This document shows, piece by piece, positions 1-10,790 of a stretch of 64,000 bases of DNA. Positions within the stretch are counted from its first letter, which is position 1. The number at the start of each line of letters is the position of its first letter. Under the pieces are notes generated by a model. The model did not search any database. It had not been told where the DNA came from and saw nothing but the letters and a program-made list of their open reading frames with translations. The position numbers and the translations under genes are program-made. Origin of the DNA: Callorhinchus milii (lineage: Eukaryota); assembly GCF_018977255.1 (NCBI RefSeq), contig NW_024704877.1, forward strand, positions 1 through 64,000, in the 5' to 3' direction.

Positions 1-148
1 AAAGACCGAAGAACATTTTCTGCAAATAATTCTACAAAATATGTGGAAATAATTATTGAAAGCTAACTTTCGATACTCTCTGGAGCACAAAACAGGACAA
101 TGTTAGCGATGATCACGTCTCATGTATTTCCGTAAAAATTAGCAGTGC

Positions 149-219
149 GGCAATTGTGCTGATGTTTTCCAATGTGGCTTCCCCAGTCAAGCACAGTGCT
201 TAATAAGAACACAAAAACA
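149..219 (-). other. NAR-TCR D segment 1 (177-191, CTTGACTGGGGAAGC) flanked by two 12-bp-spacer RSSs
   Basis: 5' RSS: heptamer 192-198 (CACAGTG as read on +), 12-nt spacer, nonamer ACAAAAACA 211-219. 3' RSS: heptamer CACATTG (170-176), 12-nt spacer, nonamer ACAATTGCC (149-157). About 390 bp downstream of the NAR-like V. Confidence 0.85.
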
Positions 220-580
220 CAGGTTTGCAAAACAATTCAAATGATTTCGGCTATTTATAAATGATCAATTAATCACATAACGTGTAAAATTCTTTTGAAT
301 ATTTTCTCAGTAAATTTGCATGCCGTCTGTCCCTTGCAATAATTATAAGGTATATGAATCCAAACAACGTAGTAACTTCAGATTGATACACACTCACTTT
401 TCCTAAGTATTCATAACTGACATTCGCTGCTTAAAGGAAGTATTCTTAAACATAGCTGCACATCACACACGAATGAGGAACATGCACTAAACTCATCGGC
501 AATTTCACGTTATCTGTTTTTTTCCTGTGAGTTGGTGACGGGGCTTTTTGTATTGTTGGAGGCCCAGATACGGCATTGTG

Positions 581-1297
581 GTATCCCAGTTATATCGAGC
601 TCTACAGTAATAATCAGCGCTGTCTTCAACTTGCAAGTCATTAATTTCCAGAGAAGAGGACCACGATTCCATGTCTGTCTTCACAACAAACCGTCCTTCA
701 CGAGGAATGGGCTTCCAATTTCTTTCATTTGGAAATCGCCTATAAAACTCCATACTTTTGAATACGCTTTTATAACTTGCTGAGAAGACACAGTTGATGG
801 TTAGAGACTCGCATTCTTCTCTTCTAATAGAGGATGGCGTCTGTGTTACTGATGCACTGAAAACATCTGAGAAATTTTACACAATATGACATCAGTTTAG
901 CAGATGTTCAACATTGACCACTTCTATTACAATTCCATTGCAAGTTTTGGCTTTATCTCCTTTGATATCAGTTTATATAATATACTCAGGATCATGTAGT
1001 ATCACTATTATATTAATGAATTCATATGATTATAATATATAATGAAATTAAAGTAAAATAATTGCCTGCCGCGTTTCGCCCACAAAATACAACGTTATTT
1101 CAGTACACAAACTATTATTTGAAGCGATTTGAGACGTCCCATCCACATCATAACGCTATACAACAATGATAAGGATTATTTATATAGTGTAACTATAGTA
1201 CTGATGACATTCATTGGTGCTGCGAAGTGCTGTGTTATGGAAACAACCACTTACATTGTAAGAAGAGGAAGGAGATGGAGACACAGAGAAGAGACAT
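581..1297 (-). CDS. NTCRV: NAR-TCR V gene segment 1 (IgNAR-like V lacking CDR2), apparently intact; leader exon 1255-1297, V exon 581-866
   Basis: Spliced translation MSLLCVSISFLFLQ-Y-VFSASVTQTPSSIRREECESLTINCVFSASYKSVFKSMEFYRRFPNERNWKPIPREGRFVVKTDMESWSSSLEINDLQVEDSADYYCRARYNWDT. GT/AG phase-1 intron. ESLTINC and short C-to-D region match IgNAR-type V. RSS CACAATG(574-580)-22-ACAAAAAGC(543-551). Confidence 0.88.
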
Positions 1298-3289
1298 CCT
1301 CTCACCGCTGGGAGATACCGTCAGCCCCGGACACCTCAGAGTGACTGTGAGTAACACAGGGCTGTTCTGTAAGAGTGTTGGAGACTTGGTTTATTTGTGA
1401 TGAACAGCGTCACATCATGGCTGGTGACAGCGGCTTTGAGGGGTGGGCGGGGGGTGGTTTGCGGGTGGAGGGGAAGAACATACATGAGGATAGGGTCTGA
1501 CTGATTGCGCCCGAGAGCAGTGGGCAGAGAGGGCCCCTTGGGGATGACTGTTCGAGGCTCATTTAAGTTTAACTGGACCCTTGACGTGGAAGCCAACGGG
1601 AGGGAATATAACCTGACAATATGATTGGGACAAAGGCTGTGTGATGGAGAGACGGACTGTACTGAGAATTGGGAAATTGACATAAAGAAACTACTTTTAC
1701 ACCTTTGACTTGGAGTGAGTCCTGTTACAGTGACCAGCAGCAGGACGGGGAAGCCGGTCAAAGCAGCAGGGAGATAGTGAGACATCGGTGATGATGGGTA
1801 AGAAGGAGGAGGGAGAAATTGGGGTAAAGGAGTATGTGGTGCGGTGGTTAGATAAGCCGTCGGGATAGAGGGGGTGACAAAGAAATGAAAGGCTGCCGGG
1901 GAACATGGAGGAGTAAGAGAAGCAGTGAATATGACGTTTATTTTTCAGCATATCAGGTGAAGCGGTTTACTACGTTTTATCGACATGGTAGTGGACTGTA
2001 TCAAATAAAAGCATTGTTTTTAATCCCTGTCTCGGCCTTTCTGTAAGTCTCTCTGTCTGCCTGTGTGCTGTTTGTCTGTATTCTATGTGTCTCTCTTTCA
2101 TAAAAGTCATTGGCCTTGACCATTCAGATGTCTTAGAGGCTCTGAGCTGGAGCTGATCATTAGTGGAATCAGAAGTTTGGAATTATTTTTTGTCTTTAAC
2201 GATGGTTTGGGAGGACATAGCAGTTTACTGCTGTGGGTGAGGAGGAGGCGATAGATTTGATCAGGTTGGAGCCCGTTTAATTCTCATAATCCTAATAATC
2301 GTTACATTTTCTATGAATCCTTATCACGTTGCAAGCGATTCAGAGATATGCTGATGAGTCGATCGATTTTATATTTTGTTGGAAAAATGGATCAGCCAAA
2401 TGCATACATCAGTTTCGCACAAAGAGTCGCAGATTGAATTACCGAATTAATATTTTACTTACGATTTATTTACTGTTTAAAAACAAACACAATAGGTTTC
2501 TTGTATATTTGAAATTAAAAAAAGTATTTAGTTATCCCCCAATCGACAAACATGTGGGTTCCTATTTATTGTTAGTGAAACAAAGAAGCCTTTGAAGCAA
2601 GGAAAATTGCAAAAGATTTTTCCCGACTCGGGAATGGAACCCATGCCCTCTCGCATGGGACACAGTTGCTCTAACTACTAACCTAAAGGACTCCACATTA
2701 TTTGCAGGTCTATGCGCCAATGAGGTGTCCTGCTGTTAAGGAAGCTACTGTATAACAGTCAGTTTTATTGCATTGCTATATGGTGACAACTAATGGCATT
2801 GCAAGCTTATGACAGTGTATGTTTTGTGTTGGTATCAGTTTATTTATGAAACGTGCACTTTCTTTTAGAATTACCCGGGTGTCCATTGGACGCAGGACAA
2901 GTCATACAACATTAATATTAATATTCCACTAAGGTAAAGGCATTCCACCTCAACTGCATCCTCTTCAACCCAAACATTTAAGACGCTTTCCTCCACGAAC
3001 GACCACCCTCACAGATCCCACCTCAATTCAACTCAAGCTCGGATTCAAGTAAGACCTTTCTGGCGTCTTCGGACGTTATCCTAAAATTCAACATTCCGAG
3101 TCGGAGTCCAACATGAAGGGTGTAACGGAAATGCAATTTGTTGTGGTTGTTGTTGAAATGAAAGGCGCATTATAAATGTGACTTTGTCTTACTGCGAAGT
3201 GAAGTGACTGTGCATACATAGGGGAGCTTGACAGCCAAATTATGATAAGCGAGATTGCAGAAATGGTTGTGAAGGGAATCAATAACAAC

Positions 3290-3560
3290 ATTAACAACAA
3301 CAAATTACATTTCTATAGATACCTGCACGACGGAAATTCGTCCCAGGACGCTGGAGAGTCAGGATTTTTTAGATACGACCTGGAAGTTGGGGTCAGGATG
3401 GCTGAAGGGAAAGAGAGTTTGGATGGGAGTATGGATGAAGGATGTTCGAAGGGACATTTCTTACCTGGGACTTGAAAGAGTCAGGAGATGTGGTGAGGTG
3501 GAGGGTTTGCGGGATAGATTTGCAGAGGGTGGGGCAGAGATACTGAATTCATGACTGACA
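3290..3560 (-). mobile_element. degenerate L2 LINE 3' fragment (paralogous copy at ~38090-38350)
   Basis: Reverse complement resembles the 3' end of the L2 element at 50300-50700. Confidence 0.5.
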
Positions 3561-4914
3561 ATGGTGTCTTTCATTTAATAAACTATTTAATCCAATCCAA
3601 TGCTGGGTCGCAACATGGGGCTCGTTAATGTGTATGTACATACATATAGTATTAGCTATTGCCTCATATTAATCGATGTGAGACAATACTACTAATATAT
3701 TTTGTAATTTACCTCTGAAAGTCGACACACTTTCCTGAGTTTCACTCTATGATACGATGAGCAAAGTGTATCTAAATCTAATCATCAAGTAGAAATAAGT
3801 TAACGAAAGTGAATACCAAGATATTTAAACATGTGCACATAACTTTCAACGATAGAATAAAATTTATTGCTAGCGTTAATAGGGTTTAATTCCAACAGGA
3901 TTCAATCTTCATTTTCGTTTCTGGAACCATCAAGCAAATAAAAATTGCATCATTATCATTTTTATTATTTTATCATTCTTAAGTTAGAAGCGCTACGCTT
4001 CGTTGATCAGTTGAGAAAATTTAATTGTTTGTCTCTATAATAGACGTTAGAAAGTAATGCGTTTTCAGTGAAAAAATTACAGTTACCAAAGCTTTACTTT
4101 TATTTCTACGCTTAATATATAGATCATAAAATTACATTTCATTATTGTGAGTGACTCAATTACCTGCAATAATGATTTAGTTTTTTTTTTCTCAAACGTT
4201 GTTGTTCTAATAACAATCGTTGCAGTTGGTATTTCGATAGTAATTTTGTCACATTAATCCTTTATTGTTTGCGTGACACTGTTGAAAGGAATCGGCTGCC
4301 ATGTTTCGCCCACAAAATGCACGGTAAGTAACATTTGCAGCATATTTTGTGAAGCACTTTGTGACGTCTCGAAGACGAGAAAAGGCGTGAAAGGAAACGA
4401 GTTATACATTTGACGATTGTTTATAATTACGTAATAATCTGTATATTTTATAGAGCACATTATCACGGTGTTGAGACGTCGGTTTGGGCTATACAGAATG
4501 TTCTATCCACTTATTTTCTGTGTATTTTTTTGAGCGAAACTGCGCACAGCAGTTTCACAAGAACAGTTGTGGAACGAGTTAGGAAATTATTATTTACAGA
4601 CAAGTATTGGTTATTGCCCGCGAAAAAGTGATCGGCCTAACGACTCAAAACCAATGAATGGAGAAATTGGTGTTTGGAAGGTGTATTGCTCAGTTTTATA
4701 AAGTATCCGGGTTCCTGCTTCCTCCAAGGTACACAGAGGCGTTTCTGTGGAGTAACGAAATTTGCCTTAGATTTCTCCCTGCAGGGGAGTCAATCCCAGC
4801 TCCTCTCGCGAGGCGAAAGCTCCAACTACTGAGATATAGGTTTCACTCCACATTTGTCGTTTAAATGGAGCTTAGCATCATCACCAACAGTGAATTAGCT
4901 CAATAGGGCCTCAC

Positions 4915-4960
4915 CTGACATAAAGTTTCCCAGCACAAGACAGACAGCAAACAGCCTCAT
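4915..4960 (-). pseudogene. orphan TCR V leader exon (its V exon is deleted)
   Basis: ATG AGG CTG TTT GCT GTC TGT CTT GTG CTG GGA AAC TTT ATG TCA G|gtgagg; paralog of leader 42744-42789; no V exon downstream in this copy. Confidence 0.8.
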
Positions 4961-7900
4961 TGCTGCTCTTCAGTCTGGGTGGTTGTGTCTGTGCCGTCAG
5001 TTTGCTGATAACCCGCAGTGATTGTCGGCATTGGCGGAACCACAGTCTCACGTCACCTCATTGGCATCTCAGCCGCGTTTCAATACAACAAACAATTCCT
5101 TTTATACAGCGGCTTTCACCAGTCATTCTGGGCAGGGAATACTCTCACTCACCTACTGTTAAACCTACAAGCCAAAGTGCGAACTGGAAGGATGGTGATA
5201 GCCTGACAAACAGCGGGAATACTTGTCAAAAGCGAACTGAGTAACAAGCTTTGTTCTTTGAGCAACTTAGATGTCAGCAGTTTCCCCAACGCACACTCTG
5301 AAGACCCCACGTTTTGGGTCTTGCCTAATACTCTTCTGAATTAAGTAAGCAGAGAGAGAGTTTACATTCAATTCCAATAATTTTTCTTTGAGATTTCCAT
5401 ATGTATGTAGAATACATGGAAATGGCAGTTTTGCTTTGGATATTCATAAGCACAGTGATTGTTTTGCTCATTTACTGTTTACCACAAAATAACAGAGAGA
5501 GAGACAGACTGAAACGGCTATATTAAAACGATCAAAATTGAAACTTATTTCCAGTGGTTCCTTGCAAAATATTCTCACTCTTCGCTGATTACATTAATGT
5601 AGCGTTCTGAATTTTATTTGATCATACACCAAATTGGACGAATTGTTGCTCTTGAATGCCTTTCCAGCCGTGTCTTTATGGAAAAGAAAAGAGTAACTGG
5701 AAATCTCTTTTCCAACAGTGCCATGCAATTTTTGCTGTCCTGCTGAACAAACAGACCGGATCTCAGTCTAATAGTAGTAGTAATACTTGCATTAGTGATA
5801 GAGCGATACAGCGTCTCAACACGCCTTCGAGACACCTCCAAGCGCTTCACAGAATATAATGCGAATTGATTCTATTTTGTGGGTGAAATGCGTCATCCAG
5901 TTTCCCACAGTAATTTCACAAACAGCCGTGGATTAAGTTATCAAATTGCTATTATTCTTCTTTCTATTATCAAGGCTGAGCTAAAAACCTGACTCTGTTG
6001 GTTATACTTTCATATATGAGTCACAATGTTGCTGTTTCAGGCCCCATGTCGACAATTTGAGCTCACAGACTAGACTGAATTTCAACTCAAGACTTTGTGA
6101 CGGTTGTGTTGTCAACAACCCCCAGAGAGAAGCCATCAATCACTTTATTAATGTTTGTGGGGAATCTACTGCATGATAATTGCTTCTGGTGTTGGCCTAC
6201 AATCTAAAGTCACTTCTTATTAGAAAACGGATACTAAGCTGTGCTGACGCCTGCAAATTGAAAGCCGCTGTACCAAAGGCCAGCATTATAATTATTATAA
6301 TTTTATCATTATTATTATTATTATTATCATGATTTTTATTAATTTTATCATCGTTATGCACTTCTAAACCAGGTCAGCTTTAATCTCCTACCCAACGTAA
6401 ACCAAAACAAATGACCATATTGCCGTTAACAAAATCTAACCCATGTATTACAGGAGTGAGATCTTCTTCAGGGCGGCTGCTTTCCTGGGAGAAAGACATT
6501 AATGTACAAAACATAAAATTTAACTTGCTTCTTGAGCAAACTAATGCTGTGCTTCAGAAAAAATCTTTGTCAATTTCAGTTGAAGCAGCAAAAGTGTATA
6601 TGAGTGAAGAATGTCAACTGTAATAGGAAACATCTGTTATTGCTACGAAGGAAGTTAGTTACAGAAAGTTACGTGTCAAGTTTATCAGTTGCAGCTCATG
6701 ATATATGTGTGTATTGTGCGCCTTCTACTGGTGGATTGCACCTACAGCACTGGTAAAATTGGAGACTTTTGATAGTAAACTATTTTGGGCCTCTCTTAAC
6801 TTTCCTGGAGCTATCTCCCCCATTAGAAGTTTATACCGTATTCTCATTTACCGGCTCGTTCCTCATATTGTCATTAATATTATTTGACTGAGCATTGGGT
6901 TGGGATGGAGCATTTTACAAAATAGCCACTATATCTTTACACTCATGTTCCTCCGTTCACTTCAGGAGATTATGCCATTGCGCTCTGTTCACTAGACATA
7001 AAATATCATTTCATCTTGACTACTATTCAGTAACGTAAATAGTACAATTTGTGTTCTTTCGTTAGTGACTCGCCGAACAGTACACATACGTGTTAAGTGT
7101 GTGCTTTGCTTCCAAGCATTCCTTGAAACTGATATGACAGCAAAACCTGAACTGAATTGATCTGTAATCCAAAGAGCACAAGGGGAACATTTACAGTATC
7201 ATGTTTTGGACAGAGATTACAGTGCATTGAATCTCTATGTGTTTCTATACCACAGAAATATGACAGCATTTATTATGGGAAGTCTGGAAATGATTCATGT
7301 GGTTTGTCACTGTCAAAAGCACTTTTCCCTGAAGCTGTGCCAGTCTATGTCTGAATCCCTCCAGCTTGGCCACACTAACCTAAATAACTTTCTTTATTAC
7401 TGTGCCTCCTGTCAACAGCCGTTGTCCCTGTTTCTTGGCCAAGCACCAACATTGTTAAGCTCAGTGAAAGACATACCCCTTGAAAGGCACTTTAGAGGAG
7501 AAGGAGGAAGCCATTCAGACACGTGTGCATTTTCCTAAATTAAATTGCATCATTGCTAATCTATACCTCAACTGCAATTTCCAGCCCTCGCCCGCATCCC
7601 AGACCTAACAGATCTCTATCCACTTAAGCATAGAAAATAAGAATGGATCCGGCATCCACATATTTTTGGTGAAAATGTTCTGGATTTCCATTACCATTTG
7701 GGTTAGTGCAAATGCCCCACAATTGCTCTCCTTACATGCCTGACTCTAATTTTAAAATGATACCCAGTTTTTCTGGATTTCCCCACACACCAGAAGAAAC
7801 TGTTTTTCTGTAAACGGAGGAAATAGTTTCTCTGTAAACAATATAATTGCAAACTGTTATTTTGGATGTTTTTCTACGTATTTAAGAAACACAAGAAACG

Positions 7901-8121
7901 TACACGTGCATGGGGCCCCTCTACCCAGAAAGCAAGATCTTTCAAGTTGTTTCGGTGAAAATAATAGGAGTACGTGGAATAAGGAAACCTGCCCAACGTT
8001 TCTCTCTGCCGGAAATCGAACCCAGATGCTCTCATTTGCGACGCGAGTTCTCCAACCACTCAGTCACAGGAATCCACTCAGCAGTTTTTGTAGGGCGGAA
8101 TCGCTGATCTGTGCCTCTGTG

Positions 8122-8866
8122 GGGCTCAGTGCACAGTAATACACCGCGGAGTCTACAACTGTCACATGGGATATATTTAATGGGACAGTTCTCTCCGCTT
8201 CATCCACATGCGTTATAAAACGATCTTTTGCAAAGTCTGCATGTCGCGGGTTGTTCCTTTTGTCTGTCCAAAGGATATATTCTGGAGCTTTGTTCGGATG
8301 GTGACGGTACCAGTACAGGTCGGGATCGCTGGTGGTTGTAGCTGTATAATTGCACTGCAGATAAACATCCTCCCCTTCATTCACTTTCACAGTAGATTGA
8401 AGCTGTGTCACAGCGTCTCCTCCACAATGTCCTAGAAACCATACAAACAGCAGAGTTGAATGCAATAATAATAATAATACTAATAATCTTTGAATTTGAT
8501 ACAGCGACTTATAATGCCTTTGAAACATCTCAAATGTCGTCACAGAAAAGAATTTAAGTGTATTTTCTGGGCGAAATGCAGCAGGCAATCATGGAGTAAT
8601 TCACAAACAGTCGTGGCTTGAGTGATTTAATTATAAATAAATTATTATACTTGGAAAATCCATTCGCAAATTCACATATAGCCGAAGTGCTATAACAACT
8701 GAGCTACAGGACTCCACGACACCACGACTCCTGTAACGTTCGGATTATTTAACGCAGTATAACAAACACGTTGGATAATATGTGCGGAAAGGGTATATAG
8801 AGAATGAGTTGATCGCTTACCTGAGAAGGTAATGATGGCGACTGCCATATAGATGTAGATTGTCAT
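8122..8866 (-). CDS. TCR alpha/delta V gene segment, family A, intact; leader 8821-8866, V exon 8122-8431
   Basis: MTIYIYMAVAIITFS-G-HCGGDAVTQ...LQCNY...LYWYRH...DSAVYYCALSP. RSS CACAGAG(8115-8121)-23-ACAAAAACT(8083-8091). Confidence 0.92.
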
Positions 8867-9819
8867 ATGTACTTAGTGACACGGGATGTTCAGAGAGCGT
8901 TGATGGCGCAGTTGGAGAATGTTTCCTGGGAGGCTGTAAGATACCGTGAGGAGGGCTGAACAGGAAACAACATACAGATGTTACATTATACTGTGATGGA
9001 GCAGTTCTTCGTGTTATGTACAAATCTTGTGTCCCTGTCATTGTGCGTCATCTTCTCTGCTCTGCCATCTCGCTCCTCCAATGGTTCTCTTCCATCACTG
9101 ACATGTTTTTGTTCAGCCGAGTGGAATAATAATAATCCTTGCACTTGATAAAGCGCCTCACCAGGTCTTGTAACCAATTTATTACTTTTTTTTGAAAGAA
9201 TTATAAAAGCGATCCGCCAATCGACCATTGAAAGTTTTCCTACTAATCCACGATGTGAATACTGGAGTGGAGGAAGGAAACCTGCCCAACATTTCGCACA
9301 GACGAGAATCGAAATCATATCTCCTGCATGCGAGGCGAGTGCACTAAACACTGAGATATTGGACCCAGAAGTCCTGGGCAAAGACTGTAATAAGTCGGCG
9401 ACTTGCAGGAACGGTGAATCAGAAACCTGATTGGCATCGCTTTTTTCCAGGGATTATTGGCCCTTCAATAATAAATCAATACTAAAATAGATAACAATTT
9501 GGACACTCAATCGATTAGATTATTTGATCAAAACTGACGCTGACAATCTATGGAATACATGGAAAGGCCCAATATCGAATATATGGAAAGGCCCAATATC
9601 TAATCAAAGGATTATTAATGTTATATTGTTGTAAAAGGTATAACAAGATGTTAAGAAAAAATGATATAAAAACGTTACTAACGGCAAAGTAAGCTGAGAG
9701 TGATTGAGAGCACAGCACATGTCTCCCACATGAGCACCTGATCCCGTGTCTGACATTAACTCCCCAATGTGGATTGATGGGGCTTTTGGGCTCAGTAGCC
9801 ACACAGTCACAGCCACGGC

Positions 9820-10260
9820 AACACTGAGCCCCGCCCACACAGCCACCGACACGCCCACAGAGCTACGTCACTCAGCCATTGCCCCGCCCGCACTGAGCCC
9901 CGCCCACACGGCCACTGCCACGCCCACAAAGCTGCGTCACTCAGTCACTGCTCCGCCAGCACTGAGCCGCATCGCCCAATCACTGTCGTTGCTTTACAGC
10001 GCCCCGCCCACACCGCGCCCCGCCTCCTACCCTCCCCCACACAAACACACACAGTGCCACAAAATCAGGTCACTCAATCCACAAATTTTTGTGGGCCGAT
10101 CTTTTACACAGTGAGCGACCACGTTTGTCCCACACAATACAATCTAACGCCCATGGCTACCCCCTCCCCCGCTCCACCTCACCCCCCACACTCTGCCACA
10201 CACACAGTGCCATAAAATAAGGCAACTCAACCCACAACTTTTTGTGGGACACAGCTGTAC
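9820..10260 (+). repeat. GC-rich tandem repeat (~69-nt unit x ~2.5) plus a duplicated ~65-nt block
   Basis: ACTGAGCCCCGCCCACAC unit start recurs at ~9822, ~9892 and ~9961; CACAGTGCCA..AAAAT..GG..ACTCAA.CCACAA.TTTTTGTGGG occurs at ~10050 and ~10203. Confidence 0.75.
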
Positions 10261-10659
10261 ACAATTGGCATAAAAGAATATAGTACTCCACTTATCAGTA
10301 TATTCTGTGACGATCTTTGAGACGTCTCAATGACTTAATATAGCAGTATAGCAAATGCAACCTTTGTTATTATTATCGATATTGTTACAATATTGAATAA
10401 GACATGACCTTACAATTGTGTTGATTATTCGTGTTTGAGAAACGCTTTCATCGAACACAGTCTTGTCATTTCGTAGATTCGCCTCAAACCTCCTCGCAGG
10501 TTTTAATGTCGAATACAGAGGCAGATTGTTTGTCAACGTGGCCTCCAATTTGTGTACAACAATGTTCCACAAACAGTTATGAATGAAAGACGAATTTTAC
10601 CGATAGAAAGTCTGTCCAGACATCGGTAGAAACCTTGTCCTTTCTCGAGCAGTGCTATG

Positions 10660-10790
10660 GCATCATTATAGTCCCATCAGGCAAGATGTCTGGACCTCGG
10701 TTTAGTATCTCCTCGGTAGGACAAGCTTCACCGACAATACAGACAGCCAGGCCTGCTCTAGAGTGTCAGCCCAGAACACCAGAATATAAT
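10660..10790 (-). mobile_element. Deu-domain SINE remnant (SacSINE1/AmnSINE-like)
   Basis: Reverse complement resembles the Deu core as recalled from memory (GGACCTCGGTTTAGTATCTC, GTGCTATGGG on +). Confidence 0.4.

Noticed and set aside
1300-1700. No Ig octamer upstream of the NAR V, taken as evidence of a T-cell promoter
   Set aside because: Shark IgH V promoters are also reported to lack the octamer, so absence is uninformative.
5960-6900. Conserved ~300-nt non-coding block recurring at ~6600, ~11200, ~16120 and ~44460
   Set aside because: It sits at the same position downstream of each family-A V, so shared descent of the duplicated units explains it.
10050-10245. Two CACAGTG heptamers followed by ACAAATTTT/ACAACTTTT
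   Set aside because: Spacer is 24 nt, nonamers are poor, and there is no adjacent coding segment; part of a local duplication.
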